Shown piece by piece: positions 45,559 through 62,993 of a DNA stretch of 64,000 bases. The notes below the pieces were generated by a model. The model saw only the letters and a program-made list of their open reading frames with translations, did not search any database and had not been told where the DNA came from. Position numbers and translations under genes: made by a program. Within the stretch, counting starts at the first letter, position 1; each line of letters begins with the position of its first letter. Source of the stretch: Ranitomeya imitator (Eukaryota); contig NC_091283.1 of assembly GCF_032444005.1 (NCBI RefSeq), positions 187,674,001-187,738,000 on the forward strand, in the 5' to 3' direction.

Positions 45559-46067
45559 AGGAAAACTGTTGGCAGATTTTTGTTATGTAATCTGAGAGCA
45601 ACATGATGTAGGGGCATAGACCTTGATTCCAGTTAATTGTCCCTTACTGGCTGTGTTTTGAGGTTTCAATACAATCAGTGTTTTATCAGGAGGAGATTAT
45701 CACTGCCGGACTAGGTGTCCTGTGCCTCCTGGTCCAGCCCAGTCTCGGCCACTGATGAGCAGCTCAGTTCCTATACAGTGTGCACAGAAAGCAGCCTATC
45801 AGTGGTGAGGGCGGGGTTATACACAGAAAGCAGCCTATCAGTGGTGTGGGTGGGGTTATACTCAGAAAGCAGCCTATCAGTGATGTGGGCGGGGTTATAC
45901 AGAGCTCAGCATTCTGAGCTCCGCTAGATCTGCAGTAGAGAAAACTGTGATTGTATCACAACTGCTGCACTCAGTAAACTAAGTGACACATCGCTGCAAT
46001 CAGGGTCTCTGCCTCTACATCATCCCGCTGTCATGATACATAACAAAAACCTGCTGACGGATTCCCT
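45559..46067. mobile_element. T2/Kolobok-type MITE with internal ~40-bp repeat
   Basis: TTAA on both sides. Imperfect TIR AGGAAAACTGTTGGCAGATTTTTGTTATGT / ACATAACAAAAACCTGCTGACGGATTCCCT. Confidence 0.7.
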
Positions 46068-46724
46068 TTAAGCACGTCCACCTAGAGTCTCAGTCATATG
46101 CTGCTTGAGTGCCTGTCCACATTCCAGTTATGGCTTTCTCTTGAACTTTGGTTTTGCTCTCACTTTGGCTTTTTTTTATTCTAGTAGCGGGATATTATTG
46201 GCAGATTTCACTCTTGTTGTTATTTTAGCCTTTTTTATGTCATCATGGAAAAATAGTCCAGATTCCTTCCATGGCCCGGATTGCTGAATAATTCAGAAAG
46301 TTCTTCTTCTCACCATATATCATATGGACAAATGTTACACACAGAATTCTGTTGAACTTATCTTTTTCCTTCTACATCTGCTTCTAATTCAGATTGTACA
46401 TCCACAGATCTAAGAATCTACAATAACCAGGACCCCAAGACACTATAAAAGGGCGGTCTTGAACTTTATTATTAATGACCGCTACTTAGGTCACCTGGCC
46501 CTCCCCACCGATCAGTAATTAGCCCTGTGTCTGGGTTGAGCAGTGCGGCCGTTGCTTTCTTGTTTCCTGCCTGTTGACTAACGCTCAGCATCTACGGCCT
46601 TTCTTTCTCCCAAGACCCTCCATTCCTCCTCTGCATCCTCACGGGTGCCATCCTCTGGCGCAGTACATGCCTGCTGCTGGCGGTGTCACCATTAGCATAG
46701 CTACCAAGGGGGGGGGGGGGGGCA

Positions 46725-49492
46725 TGGAGGGGGTATGCTTTCTAATGTATGGACCATGGGGAGGTATGCTTTATAATGTACGGACCATGGGGGGTATGCT
46801 TTATAATGTATGGACTGTGGAGGGGGTATGCTTTATAATGTACGGACCATGGAGGGTATGCTTTGTAATGTATGGACCATGGAGGGTATGCTTTATTATG
46901 TATGGACCGTGGAGGGGGTATGCTTTATAATGTACGGACCATGGGGGGTATGCTTTATAATGTATGGACTGTGGAGGGGGTATGCTTTATAATGTACGGA
47001 CCATGGGGGGTATGCTTTATAATGTATGGACTGTGGAGGGGGTATGCTTTATAATGTATGGACCATGGAGGGTATGCTTTGTAATGTATGGACCATGGAG
47101 GGTATGCTTTATTATGTATGGACCGTGGAGGGGGTATGCTTTATAATGTATGGACCATGGAGGGTATGCTTTGTAATGTATGGACCATGGAGGGGCTATG
47201 CTTTATAATGTATGGACCATGGAGAGGGTATGCTTTATAATGTATGGACCATGGAGGGGGTATGCTTTATAATGTATGGACCATGGAGGGGCTATGCTTT
47301 ATAATGTATGGACCATGGAGAGGGTATGCTTTATAATGTATGGACCATGGAGGGTATTCTTTATAGTGTATGCACGATGGGGGGGTATGCTTTATAATGT
47401 ATGGACCGTGGAGGGGGTATGCTTTGTAATGTATGGACCATGGAGGGTATGCTTTATAGTGTATGCACCATGGGGGGTATGCTTTATAATGTATGGACCA
47501 TGGAGGGGCTATGCTTTATAATGTATGGACCATGGAGGGGGTATGCTTTATAATGTATGCACCATGGAGGGTATGCTTTGTAATGTATGGACCATGGAGG
47601 GTATTCTTTATAGTGTATGCACCATGGGGGGGTATGCTTTGTAATGTATGGACCATGAAGGGGGTATGCTTTATAATGTATGGACCATGGAGGGGCTATC
47701 CTTTATAATGTATGGACCATGGAGGGGGTATGCTTTATAATGTATGGACCATGGAGGGTATGCTTTGTAATGTATGGACAATGGGGGGTATGCTTCATAA
47801 TAATGTATGGACCATGGGGGGTATGCTTTATAATGTATGGACCATGGAGGGGGTATGCTTTATAATGTATGGACCATGGAGGGGGTATGCTTTATAATGT
47901 ATGGACCATGGAGGGGGTATGCTTTATAATGTATGGACCATGGAGGGTATGCTTTATAATGTATGGACAATGGGGGGTATGCTTCATAATAATGTATGGA
48001 CCATGGGGGGTATGCTTCATAATAATGTATGGACCATGGGGGGTATGCTTTATAATGTATGGACCATGGAGGGGGTATGCTTTATAATGTATGGACCATG
48101 GAGGGTATTCTTTATAGTGTATGCACCATGGGGGGGTATGCTTTGTAATGTATGGACCATGGAGGGGGTATGCTTTATAATGTATGGACCATGGAGGGGC
48201 TATGCTTTATAATGTATGGACCATGGAGGGGGTATGCTTTATAATGTATGCACCATGGAGGGTATGCTTTGTAATGTATGGACCATGGAGGGTATTCTTT
48301 ATAGTGTATGCACCATGGGGGGGTATGCTTTGTAATGTATGGACCATGAAGGGGGTATGCTTTATAATGTATGGACCATGGAGGGGCTATCCTTTATAAT
48401 GTATGGACCATGGAGGGGGTATGCTTTATAATGTATGGACCATGGAGGGTATGCTTTGTAATGTATGGACCATGGAGGGGGTATGCTTTATAATGTATGG
48501 ACCATGGGGGGTATGCTGTATAATGTATGGACCATGGGGGGTATGCTTTCTAATGTATGGACCATGGAGGGGGTATGCTTTATATTGTATGGACCATGGG
48601 GAGTATGCTTTATACTGTATGGACCATGGGGGGTATGCTTTATAATGTATACACCATGGGGGTTTGCTTTGTAATGTATGGACCATGGGGGGTATGCTTT
48701 ATAATGTATTGACCATGGAGGGGGTATGCTTTATAATGTATGTATGGACCATGGAGGGTATGCTTTTTAATGTATGGCCCATGGAGGGGGTATGCTTTAT
48801 AATGTATGGAAAATGGGGGTATGATTTATAATGTATGGACCAAGGAAGGGGTATGCTTTATAATGTATGGACCATGGGGGGTATGCTTTATAATGTATGG
48901 ACCATGGGGGGTATGCTTTATAATGTATGGACCATGGGGGTATGCTTTATAATATATGAACCATGGGGGTATGCTTTGTAATGTATGGGTCATGGAGGGG
49001 GTATGCTTTATAATGTATGGACCATGGAGGGGGTATGCTTTCTACTGTATGGACAATGAGGGGTATGCTTTGTAATGTATGGAACATGGAGGGTATGCTT
49101 TAAAATGTATGGACCATGGGGGGTATGCTTTATATTGTATGGACCATGAAGGGGGTATGCTTTATAATGTATGGACCATGGAGGGTATGCTTTATAATGG
49201 GGGGTATGCTTTATAGTGTATGCACCATGGGGGGGTATGCTTTATAATGTATGGGACCATGGAGGGGGTATGCTTTATAATGTATGGACCATGGAGGGGG
49301 TATGCTTTATAATGTATGGACCATGGAGGGGGTATGCTTTATAATGTATGGCCCATGGGGGGGGGGGTATGCTTTATAATGTATGGACAATGGGGGGTAT
49401 GCTTCATAATAATGTATGGACCATGGGGGGTATGCTTCATAATAATGTATTGACCTTGGGGGGTATGCTTTATAATGTATGCACCATGGGGG
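46725..49492. repeat. ~31-32-bp G-rich minisatellite, roughly 85-90 copies
   Basis: Unit TATGCTTTATAATGTATGGACCATGGAGGGGG with variable G-run length. Confidence 0.95.
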
Positions 49493-49494
49493 GG

Positions 49495-49865
49495 AGACAT
49501 GGACTATCCTGCACTGCAGTCCTTCTTCAATGTTTCTGTGCCGTCCACGTCCAGGGAGATTAGCTGCAGAGCCGGGAGTTGTAAACTTCTTGATTATACT
49601 GTGGGGAGTCTGAATGAGCATCTTATGCTTGAAACAAAGTTGTTTACCCACAATATCGGAAAGCCGCCAACAATTTTGTCCGGTCCATTTTTGAGGTTGT
49701 ATGAAATTATGTCCAATTTGCCTATTTTTGTGTTGTTCCAATACACACACGTGAAATAAACATGTGTATGACAAACATGTGTGACTGCAATCATTTTCTG
49801 GGAGACCTACATAGATCATCAACTGGAACAATTTCACAGGGGTCAACACTTTCGGCCATTACTGT
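49495..49865 (-). mobile_element. Tc1 5' end fragment
   Basis: Ends ...AACACTTTCGGCCATTACTG followed by TA. HTH remnant (SIIKKFTTPGSAANLPGRGRHR) in ORF 49307-49849. Confidence 0.75.
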
Positions 49866-50503
49866 ATGTGGTGGCTGATTTTCCTTCCGAACCTGTAGCT
49901 GATGGACATTTGGGACATTTTTCGGATTGCAGCTTAATTGGCATAAATCTGATCTCTCCGCCCTCCCTTCAGATTATATTAGTTCATCAACTTCCAAAAT
50001 CCCATCAGCTCACATCCAGGCCGCATCTGCCTCTGACACGTTGGGTACATGCACTCGTCTTCTCTGGCAGATTCCTCTCAGAAAACGCTAAAAAGAACGA
50101 ACCTATGTATTTCTATGTAAAAACGTCCTGCTGTGCACAGGTTCAGCCTTTTGTGCATTTTTTTAACTGTTTTAGATTATGAGATTTCTGTAAAATCTTC
50201 CCATAAGGTGAGGCTGCAGGGGTAAAAACAAATCGGGTCATTCTGCGATGACACATTCCCTTTAAGGAACGGAGGGAACAATAGTCTGGGCAGTGCAGCG
50301 ATCCCGTTGGATATCACCTTTGGGGTATACAGAGGTGGTCACTAAAATTGTGTGACGTCCCATGGCATCCTGTGCTATGGAGGTATAAGGGGGCACATTG
50401 AGGGTCCAGATTATACACACATGGGCCAGTGCTGGTTACAATGCCGCCATAATTACTTGATTCTGGACCATTAATACATTAAGTCAAAATGAATGAAAAT
50501 GTT

Positions 50504-50509
50504 TTTATT
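50504..50509 (-). terminator. Poly(A) signal of hsd17b10
   Basis: AATAAA on the minus strand about 240 nt after the stop codon. Confidence 0.65.
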
Positions 50510-50747
50510 TTTTTGAAACACAAAACTGTATTTTTGCCTCGTTCTTCATGTTGGACCCTAGGCTACAATCACGGACAGATCTTCTTCCAGGTCTGTAGAA
50601 GAAGATCCCGGGCACGTTCTTGGCATCACAGACCCCTCGGGGGCAGTACTGCAGTCTATTAGGACATCCCCCGCTGCTCCTGTGTGCCGGCGGACGGTAA
50701 GGACGGGGTTCGGGGCCTAAGTCTTCTCCTGCGCGGTGCCCACGTCA

Positions 50748-56409
<5,662 letters not shown>

Positions 56410-56439
56410 GATTCCCCGAAACCCTGGAGGAGCAGTCAA

Positions 56440-56552
56440 CCAATCATCTATCAGCAGTCTGTAAGACTTCAACCAATCACAACGGCGAACGATACAGTGG
56501 GCGTGAACTTTTCCTCCAATGAGATCGGCGGTGTAGTAGGCAGTCAGCCAAT
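56440..56552. promoter_or_regulatory. Four CCAAT boxes in the hsd17b10 promoter
   Basis: CCAAT at 56440, 56473, 56516 and 56548, spaced 33, 43 and 32 bp, immediately upstream of the ATG. Confidence 0.7.
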
Positions 56553-57026
56553 AGCAGAGAAGCTCTCCTGCAGCTAACTGTTAAAGGCATCACGTTACTA
56601 TTTAGCCGAGATAGAACTTTTTGTACGGTCTTAAAGGCAAAGCGTATTTAAAGGAGACCGTCAGTGACGGCGTGCTGCTCTCCAGGGCTCTGACTACACG
56701 GTGCACCTCAGGCTACAGAGCAATGACAGCAGGAGGGAGGAGCTGCCAGCAGCCGTGACTGACACACTTTACTGTGCACCATTGTTCTTTCATATCCATG
56801 GTATTACGAGGGCACTGTGTGGCGCTAGCACCATGTGGTGGTGTTCTCTGGGCAGTGTATGACACCAGTAACGGTGCAGTAAGTGTCGGTGTAATGTGGG
56901 CACTATATGGCAGTGATATCTGTAGCCCATGTGGCGGTGTGATTTGGGCGCGGTATGGCGCTAATACCTATACACCAGGTGGCGGTATTATATGGACCCT
57001 ATAGCTCCATCTACACCTTCAGCCCG

Positions 57027-57445
57027 GGACATTCAGCGTCTCCCATTCACACACCACCTCCTCACCTCGCCCCTTATCTGTCGGAGTCCCACAAGGTTCA
57101 GTTCTAGGACCCCTGCTCTTCTCCATTTACACCTTTGGCCTGGGACAGCTCATAGAATCTCATGGCTTTCAGTATCACCTCTATGCTGATGACACACAGA
57201 TCTACATCTCTGGACCAGATATCACCTCCCTACTAACCAGAATCCCTCAATGTCTGTCTGCTATATCATCCTTCTCCGCTAGATTTCTGAAACTTAACAT
57301 GGACAAAACAGAATTCATCATCTTTCCCCCATCTCACGCGACTCCCCCAACGAACCTATCCATTACAGTAAACGGCTGCCCGCTCTCCCCAGTCCCACAA
57401 GCTCGCTGCCTCGGGGTAATCCTTGACGCTGATTTCTCCTTCAAA
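57027..57445 (+). mobile_element. L2 LINE RT fragment (5' piece)
   Basis: GGAGTCCCACAAGGTTCAGTTCTAGGACCC ([10 protein letters not shown]) and TATGCTGATGAC (YADD). Closely similar to 1735-2020 and 2340-2410. Confidence 0.85.
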
Positions 57446-58208
57446 TGAGGGACATTATTACAGGATGGGGGCAAGGTCTTCTTTGTGTGGAGTCCGGCTG
57501 TGTCTGGCAGCTCCCAACAATCTTCTGCTAGATGCTTACTTTGTACTGACGTTTGAGAATGTCAGTGCAGAGTGCAGTGTGGCCGCCTGGGTGTTTAAAG
57601 TTTATGGGCAGCCGAGAAATTGTTAAGGATGCACCAAGATGTGCCAATATTTAGAGGCATTTAAACCAACACAAATCAGTTTAAAGGTCGCCGTACACAT
57701 TAGACTAAAGTCATCCGAACTGGCCGACAGGCTAATATATGTGGGGGGTCTCCCGACCCTCATACCTCCTGTTAGAGGAGAGAAGGATTATACATGTTGG
57801 ATTTCCAATGGCCGATTCTTTTTTTCCCGTTCTGAGATAAGACACGGCCAGAGGAGTGTGGCAGCAGCTCTTGTGGAGAACATAGGCGGGTGCGAGTGTG
57901 CTGATGTATGGGGATGTCAGGAGGGATATCTTTCAGCCCAACAATCATTCCATCAAGAACTATCCAGGACGGGTATATGAAAACCTGTCTTAATAAATTT
58001 GCCCCCGATGACTTCTATGGAGAAGCCCTGTAAGCACGCTCTGTGTTCTATGCAGGGGTCACTGTGCAGGGAGGGTGGAGGAGGTGATCTGTGACCGTCT
58101 TCTCTTATGAATGGTGGATCCTCCTGTCAGTGGCAGCTTCACGTTGTAGATTACATGTAGGAGTCGATTTACACTGAATACAAACGCGAGACTCTGTCCA
58201 CAGTGGTC

Positions 58209-58214
58209 TTTATT
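58209..58214 (-). terminator. Poly(A) signal of ribc1
   Basis: AATAAA on the minus strand about 70 nt after the stop codon. Confidence 0.65.
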
Positions 58215-58284
58215 GATAAATGATAGTGGTCTACTATACACCCGATCCTTGCTATATAAATGCTTCCCTGAGCTCAGGAGACCG

Positions 58285-61153
58285 TCAGCGGCTGACAGTG
58301 TTGAACTGACTGTGGTAGTGAGCAGTGGGGTTGTTGGTGTAAACCACATTATCCAGATACTCTTGGCTAGAAAAGAAGAAGAAAATAGGTACATTGTACA
58401 TGTGCACTTTAGATGCTTTATATTTATCAGTGGAAATCCTCTATATGTCGATAGAAAGCTGACAATCAGTGGTGGGGTTGGACTAGAAGGCACAAGACAC
58501 CTAGTCCTGTAGTGATAATCTTCTGCTGATAAAACACTGATTGTATTGACAGCAAAACACAGCCTAGTAAGTGACACATTGCTGGAATCAGGGTCTCAGC
58601 CCCTATATCAGATTACATAATACTCACTGTGCCCTCTGCTCCCGGCTCAGCTGCTGGTTATACCCGTCCAGCCGTTTCCTCGTTTCTCTGCTGAATTCCT
58701 GTTCTTGCTGTTCCAAGTTCATGGCGGCACGCGCTGCCAGTGTTCGCTGCCTTTCCCACTCCGTGTTCAGCTGCTTCTCCTCTTCCTTCAGCCTCTGAGA
58801 ACATCAAAATGGGATTATGGTAAAGCAGCATTAGGGTCCATCTGCAGCACGAGGGGATATTCCCAGTGCAGACACTTGGCGATTTCCAGAGCCTATAGAA
58901 GTGAGTGGAAGGAGGCCGGCATGTGTGGTCGCCTCTGCCTTCCTGGCAGTGAAAGACGGGGCGATCCTGAATGGAGGAGCTGCATGTATGAGCCATCTGT
59001 GGGATACAGTGTGGACTTCTGGGGTGTGGGACCGCTGCGCAGGATTTCGGACGGTACCTGCTTCTCTTGGCATTGCTGCTTCTGAATATCTAAGATGGCT
59101 CTGAGCTGCTCCGGACTCATCCCCTTCCAACGATCCGGCACAACACGGTGCAGCCCGAAGGCGCTGACGGCAGCGGCGGGGTTCTCCGTCAGTAGGTCTC
59201 CGCTCAGGTGGTTGTAGATCTCCGCTAGGTTGTTGTCTTCCTCCTCCTCCTTGTGTCGTCTCCTTCGCTCTGACACCTCCAGGGCCTGGACCAAGAGGAA
59301 AGGGTCAGGGGCGCTCCAGTATGTCCCCGCCCACGAGGAGCGTCCGCACCACTCACCAGGGCCTGATTGAAGTGATCGGTGGCCATGAGCACTGCCTTCC
59401 GGCACTCGCCCTCCATCCGGCTGAGGTGTTCGGCCCTCTCGTCCAGCTCCACGCGTTTGCTGTCATGTAGGTTATCTGCAGCAATGAATGAAGACGTCAG
59501 ACTGACAGATACAGATCTTATTACAAAGAGCAGGGCGGCCCCTTCATCCCCGGACCACCCTCTAACCTGCATACGTTTGCTGCGCCTCCCTCCTCTTCCT
59601 CTCGTCCATCTGCCCCGTCAGCCATCTTTTGGTCATATCAGTCTGCATCTCTCTCCGCTTCTTCTGGCCCAGGTCTTCTCCAGCAAACCTCTGCAGGCCG
59701 GCGGCTCCACATCTGGGGTCGTCGTCGCTGACTCGGGCCGGCCGCTCCTTCTTCAGGGCGTCCGGGTCGTACAGGTCGTATTCCCTCCGGGTCTCGGGCT
59801 TCTGATGTTGCTCCCTGTAGTTCTGGACGGCCCGGTGCAGATCACGGCACAGTTTCTGCTCGCTCTGCTCCAGCATCAGAGCCACTTTATCATCGCGTTC
59901 TCTGTCTGCATCTGTGGGGCCAGGAAGATAACAAAAAGGTTAAAGGATCCCTCCCCATACTTCTTCTGGAAACAGCGCCACGTGTCTCCATAGGTTGTGT
60001 CTGGTACTGCAGCGTGGCTACATTCACTTCAATGGGGCTGAACCCACAGAGATCCTGCATTGGGGCCTCAGTAATATTTACCACTCGCCTCCTCCCGAGC
60101 CTTCTCCGTCCTCTCCATCGTCTTCCTCTCCTCCACCTGCTTCTCCAGAGCATCCACATCCACCTACACAAGGAGGCCGTGACATGTAACGGCAGCCCGT
60201 GACCGCATGTAACGGCAGCCCGTGACCGCATGTAACGGCAGCCCATGATCGCATGTAACGGCAGCCCGTAACCACATGTAATGGCAGCTCATAACCACAT
60301 GTAACGGCAGCCCGTGACCGCATGTAACGGCAGCCCATGATCGCATGTAACGGCAGCCCGTAACCACATGTAATGGCAGCTCATAACCACATGTAACGGC
60401 AGCCCGTGACCGCATGTAACGGCAGCCCGTGACCGCATGTAACGGCAGCCCGTGACCGCATGTAACGGCAGCCCGTGATCGCATGTAACGGCAGCCCGTG
60501 ACCGCATGTAACGATAGCCCGTGACAGCATGTAACGGCAGCCCGTGACCGCATGTAACGGCAGCCCGTGACCGCATGTAACGGCAGCCCGTGACCGCATG
60601 TAACGGCAGCCCGTGATCGCATGTAACGGCAGCCCGTGACCGCATGTAACGATAGCCCGTGACAGCATGTAACGGCAGCCCGTGACCGCATGTAACGGCA
60701 ACCCGTGACCGCATGTAACGGCAGCCCGTGATCGCATGTAACGGCAGCCCGTGACCGCATGTAACGATAGCCCGTGACAGCATGTAACGGCAGCCCGTGA
60801 CCGCATGTAACGGCAACCCGTGACCGCATGTAACGGCAGCCCGTGACCGCATGTAACGATAGCCCGTGACAGCATGTAACGGCAGCCCGTGACCGCATGT
60901 AACGATAGCCCGTGACAGCATGTAACGGCAGCCCGTGATTGCATGTTAAGGCAGCCATAACCACATGTAACGGCAGCCCGTGACCGCATGTAACGGCAGC
61001 CCGTGACCGCAGACCCCGCCGGACCCCCACACTCACCCCGATGCTGCGGAACTTGGCATTGAAGATTCGGCTCTGCCGTTGCTGTTCCTTGTTTCTTCTC
61101 CTTTCAATGGCGGCGACTTCCTTCACGTCTAAGGGGAGATCCAGCTTATACAT
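58285..61153 (-). CDS. ribc1: RIB43A domain with coiled-coils protein (ciliary microtubule inner protein), 7 coding exons, 379 aa
   Basis: Exons 61037-61153, 60082-60163, 59567-59911, 59357-59475, 59058-59285, 58628-58794, 58285-58366 (1140 nt, all GT-AG). MYKLDLPLD...[13 protein letters not shown]...[11 protein letters not shown]...GEDL...DLLTENP...[10 protein letters not shown]...YTNNPT...QFNTVSR. Assigned to RIBC1 rather than RIBC2 because it is adjacent to hsd17b10; the family call is firm, the paralog call less so. Confidence 0.88.
60180..61010. repeat. 23-bp minisatellite, ~36 copies, fills a ribc1 intron
   Basis: Unit CATGTAACGGCAGCCCGTGACCG. Confidence 0.95.
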
Positions 61154-61207
61154 GGCTGCCGGGTGGGGGAGGAAAGGAAATGTCACCGTATACTACTGAA
61201 CAATGGG

Positions 61208-61552
61208 GAACTACAAGGCCCAGCAGAGCTAGACTACAATGGAAGCCTCTGAAAGCCAACTGCAACTGATGTGGAACTACAAGGGTCACCCTACGGAGGG
61301 GAACCACAAGCCTCAGTATGCCTACTCCATAACTTAAGAACCATATGTCTCAGCATGCCTTCTACACACCCAACGAAGAACTACAAGTCTCAGCATACTG
61401 ATACACCTGGTGACGAACTACAAGTCTGAGCATACCTACTACACACCTGGCGAAGAACTACAAGTCTCAGCCTGCCTACCACACACCTGGTAAAGAACTA
61501 CAAGTCTCAGCATGCCTACCACATACCTGATATGGGACTACAAGTCTCAGCC
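61208..61552. promoter_or_regulatory. Array of eight ACTACA motifs resembling the ZNF143(Staf)/THAP11 element
   Basis: ACTACA at 61210, 61233, ~61276, 61380, 61417, 61457, 61497 and 61537. Most continue as AGTCTCAGCAT(G/A)C, against the consensus ACTACAnnTCCCAGnATGC. Confidence 0.5.
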
Positions 61553-61615
61553 AGTTACTTATAGATTGTATGCTATCAGACTGCACGTCCTGGAGATCAG
61601 TCACCAGCAACATTA

Positions 61616-61875
61616 GTTGCTATAGCAACGGACCGTACCACTATTCTCCTCCACAGGCAAGAAAGCAAAGTAAATGGAGGGAGAGGAGTGTAACGGTTAC
61701 TGGATTTCTGAACAGGATCATGTATACTTACAGACATCATTTTGGCCCCGTACACATGCTCTGTGGCAGTGACCTCCTCTCTCCCCCCTTTTCCAAAGAC
61801 CAATGGAATGGTCCTCTGTCCCGGAGCTGCTTGTCACGTGACCTGTGTAAACTGATGCATTGTAACTATAGCAAC
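61616..61875. promoter_or_regulatory. RFX X-boxes and an E-box upstream of ribc1
   Basis: Perfect palindrome GTTGCTATAGCAAC at 61616-61629, GTAACTATAGCAAC at 61862-61875 and GTCACGTGAC at 61833-61842. A candidate non-coding exon donor GTAAGT lies at ~61726-61731. Confidence 0.7.
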
Positions 61876-62403
61876 GAAAAGTAGCCCTCTCCACTGTCCA
61901 ACACCCAGTGTCACGATATGAGGCAACATAGCCTCCTGGTGTAATGAACACGACACTGCGCCCTCCATAGACCACCATGCTGGCCTTCTCTATTACACTG
62001 TATGTTCCCGGCCTGGAAACGCTGTGAGCTGGAGATTTATTGGTACCACTTTGGGGCACATAGGATACAACTGGCCCTGGTCCTACAGCCACCGGCCCCG
62101 TGTTCAGAGATACAGCCGGCACCGGCCCCGTGCACAGAGATACAGCCGGCACCGGCCCCGTGCACAGAGATACAGCCGGCACCGGCCCCGTGCACAGAGA
62201 TACAGTCGGCAGCGGCCCTGACCTGGATGCTGGACCAGAGACCCTGGAATCCATCTGCTCATCTCTAGACCCAACCATCCTGGATACAGAGGACAGTCTT
62301 CGATTCAGGTCTACACCCTGCAGTCTCGGGCATCTGCTGAATGTCCCTCACTACCACCGCCCCTCTGACATCTCCTCCTGGCAGGGGAGAAAGAAATGGT
62401 AAT

Positions 62404-62989
62404 GGCCCTGTCCTTCAAACCGCACATCCAATCTCTCGCCACCTCATGTCACCTCCACCTCAAAAATATCTCCAGAATTCCGTCCTCAACCCTCAATCTA
62501 CTAAAATGCTTGTGCACGCCCTCATCATCTCCCGCCTCGACTACTGCAACATCCTTTTCTGCGGCCTCCCTGCTAACACCCTCGCACTTCTCCAGTCCAT
62601 CATTAACTCTGCTGCCTGACTAATTCATCTCTCTCCTCGCTACTCCTCTGCTTCCATCCTCTGCAAATCTCTTCATGGCTCCCATTCCCTCAGCGTATAC
62701 AGTTCAAATTGCTAATACTGACCTACAAAGCCATCGATAACCTGTCTCCTCCATATATCTCTGAACTAATCTCCCGATATCTTCCCTCACGTGACCTCCG
62801 GTCCTCCCAAGACCTCCTTCTCTCCTCCACACTTATTCGCTCCTCATCCAATCGCCTCCAAGACTTCTCCCGAATATCCCCCATCCTCTGGAATTCTTTG
62901 CCCCAACACGCCCGACTATCAACCACATTCGGATCCTTCAGACGGAACCTGAAAACCCATCTCTTCAAGAAAGCCTACAGCCTGCACTG
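62404..62989 (+). mobile_element. L2 LINE fragment (3' piece)
   Basis: [11 protein letters not shown] in ORF 62341-62619 and ...LKTHLFKKAY* in ORF 62709-62990. Confidence 0.85.
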
Positions 62990-62993
62990 ACCC

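Noticed and set aside
46574-49563. Many short ORFs (MDHGGGMLYNV..., VCFIMYGPW...)
   Set aside because: These are frame-shifting translations of the minisatellite.
60164-61186. 340-aa ORF extending ribc1 exon 1 through repeats
   Set aside because: A clear GTGAGT donor at 61036 and acceptor at 60164 restore the conserved RIB43A sequence; the repeat portion is intronic.
61718-62402. Overlapping ORFs on both strands (186 aa minus, 100 aa plus) as a possible divergent gene such as smc1a
   Set aside because: There is no SMC Walker A or other recognisable motif. The ORFs depend on a short 30-bp repeat and are closed by in-frame stops upstream, and splice support is weak.
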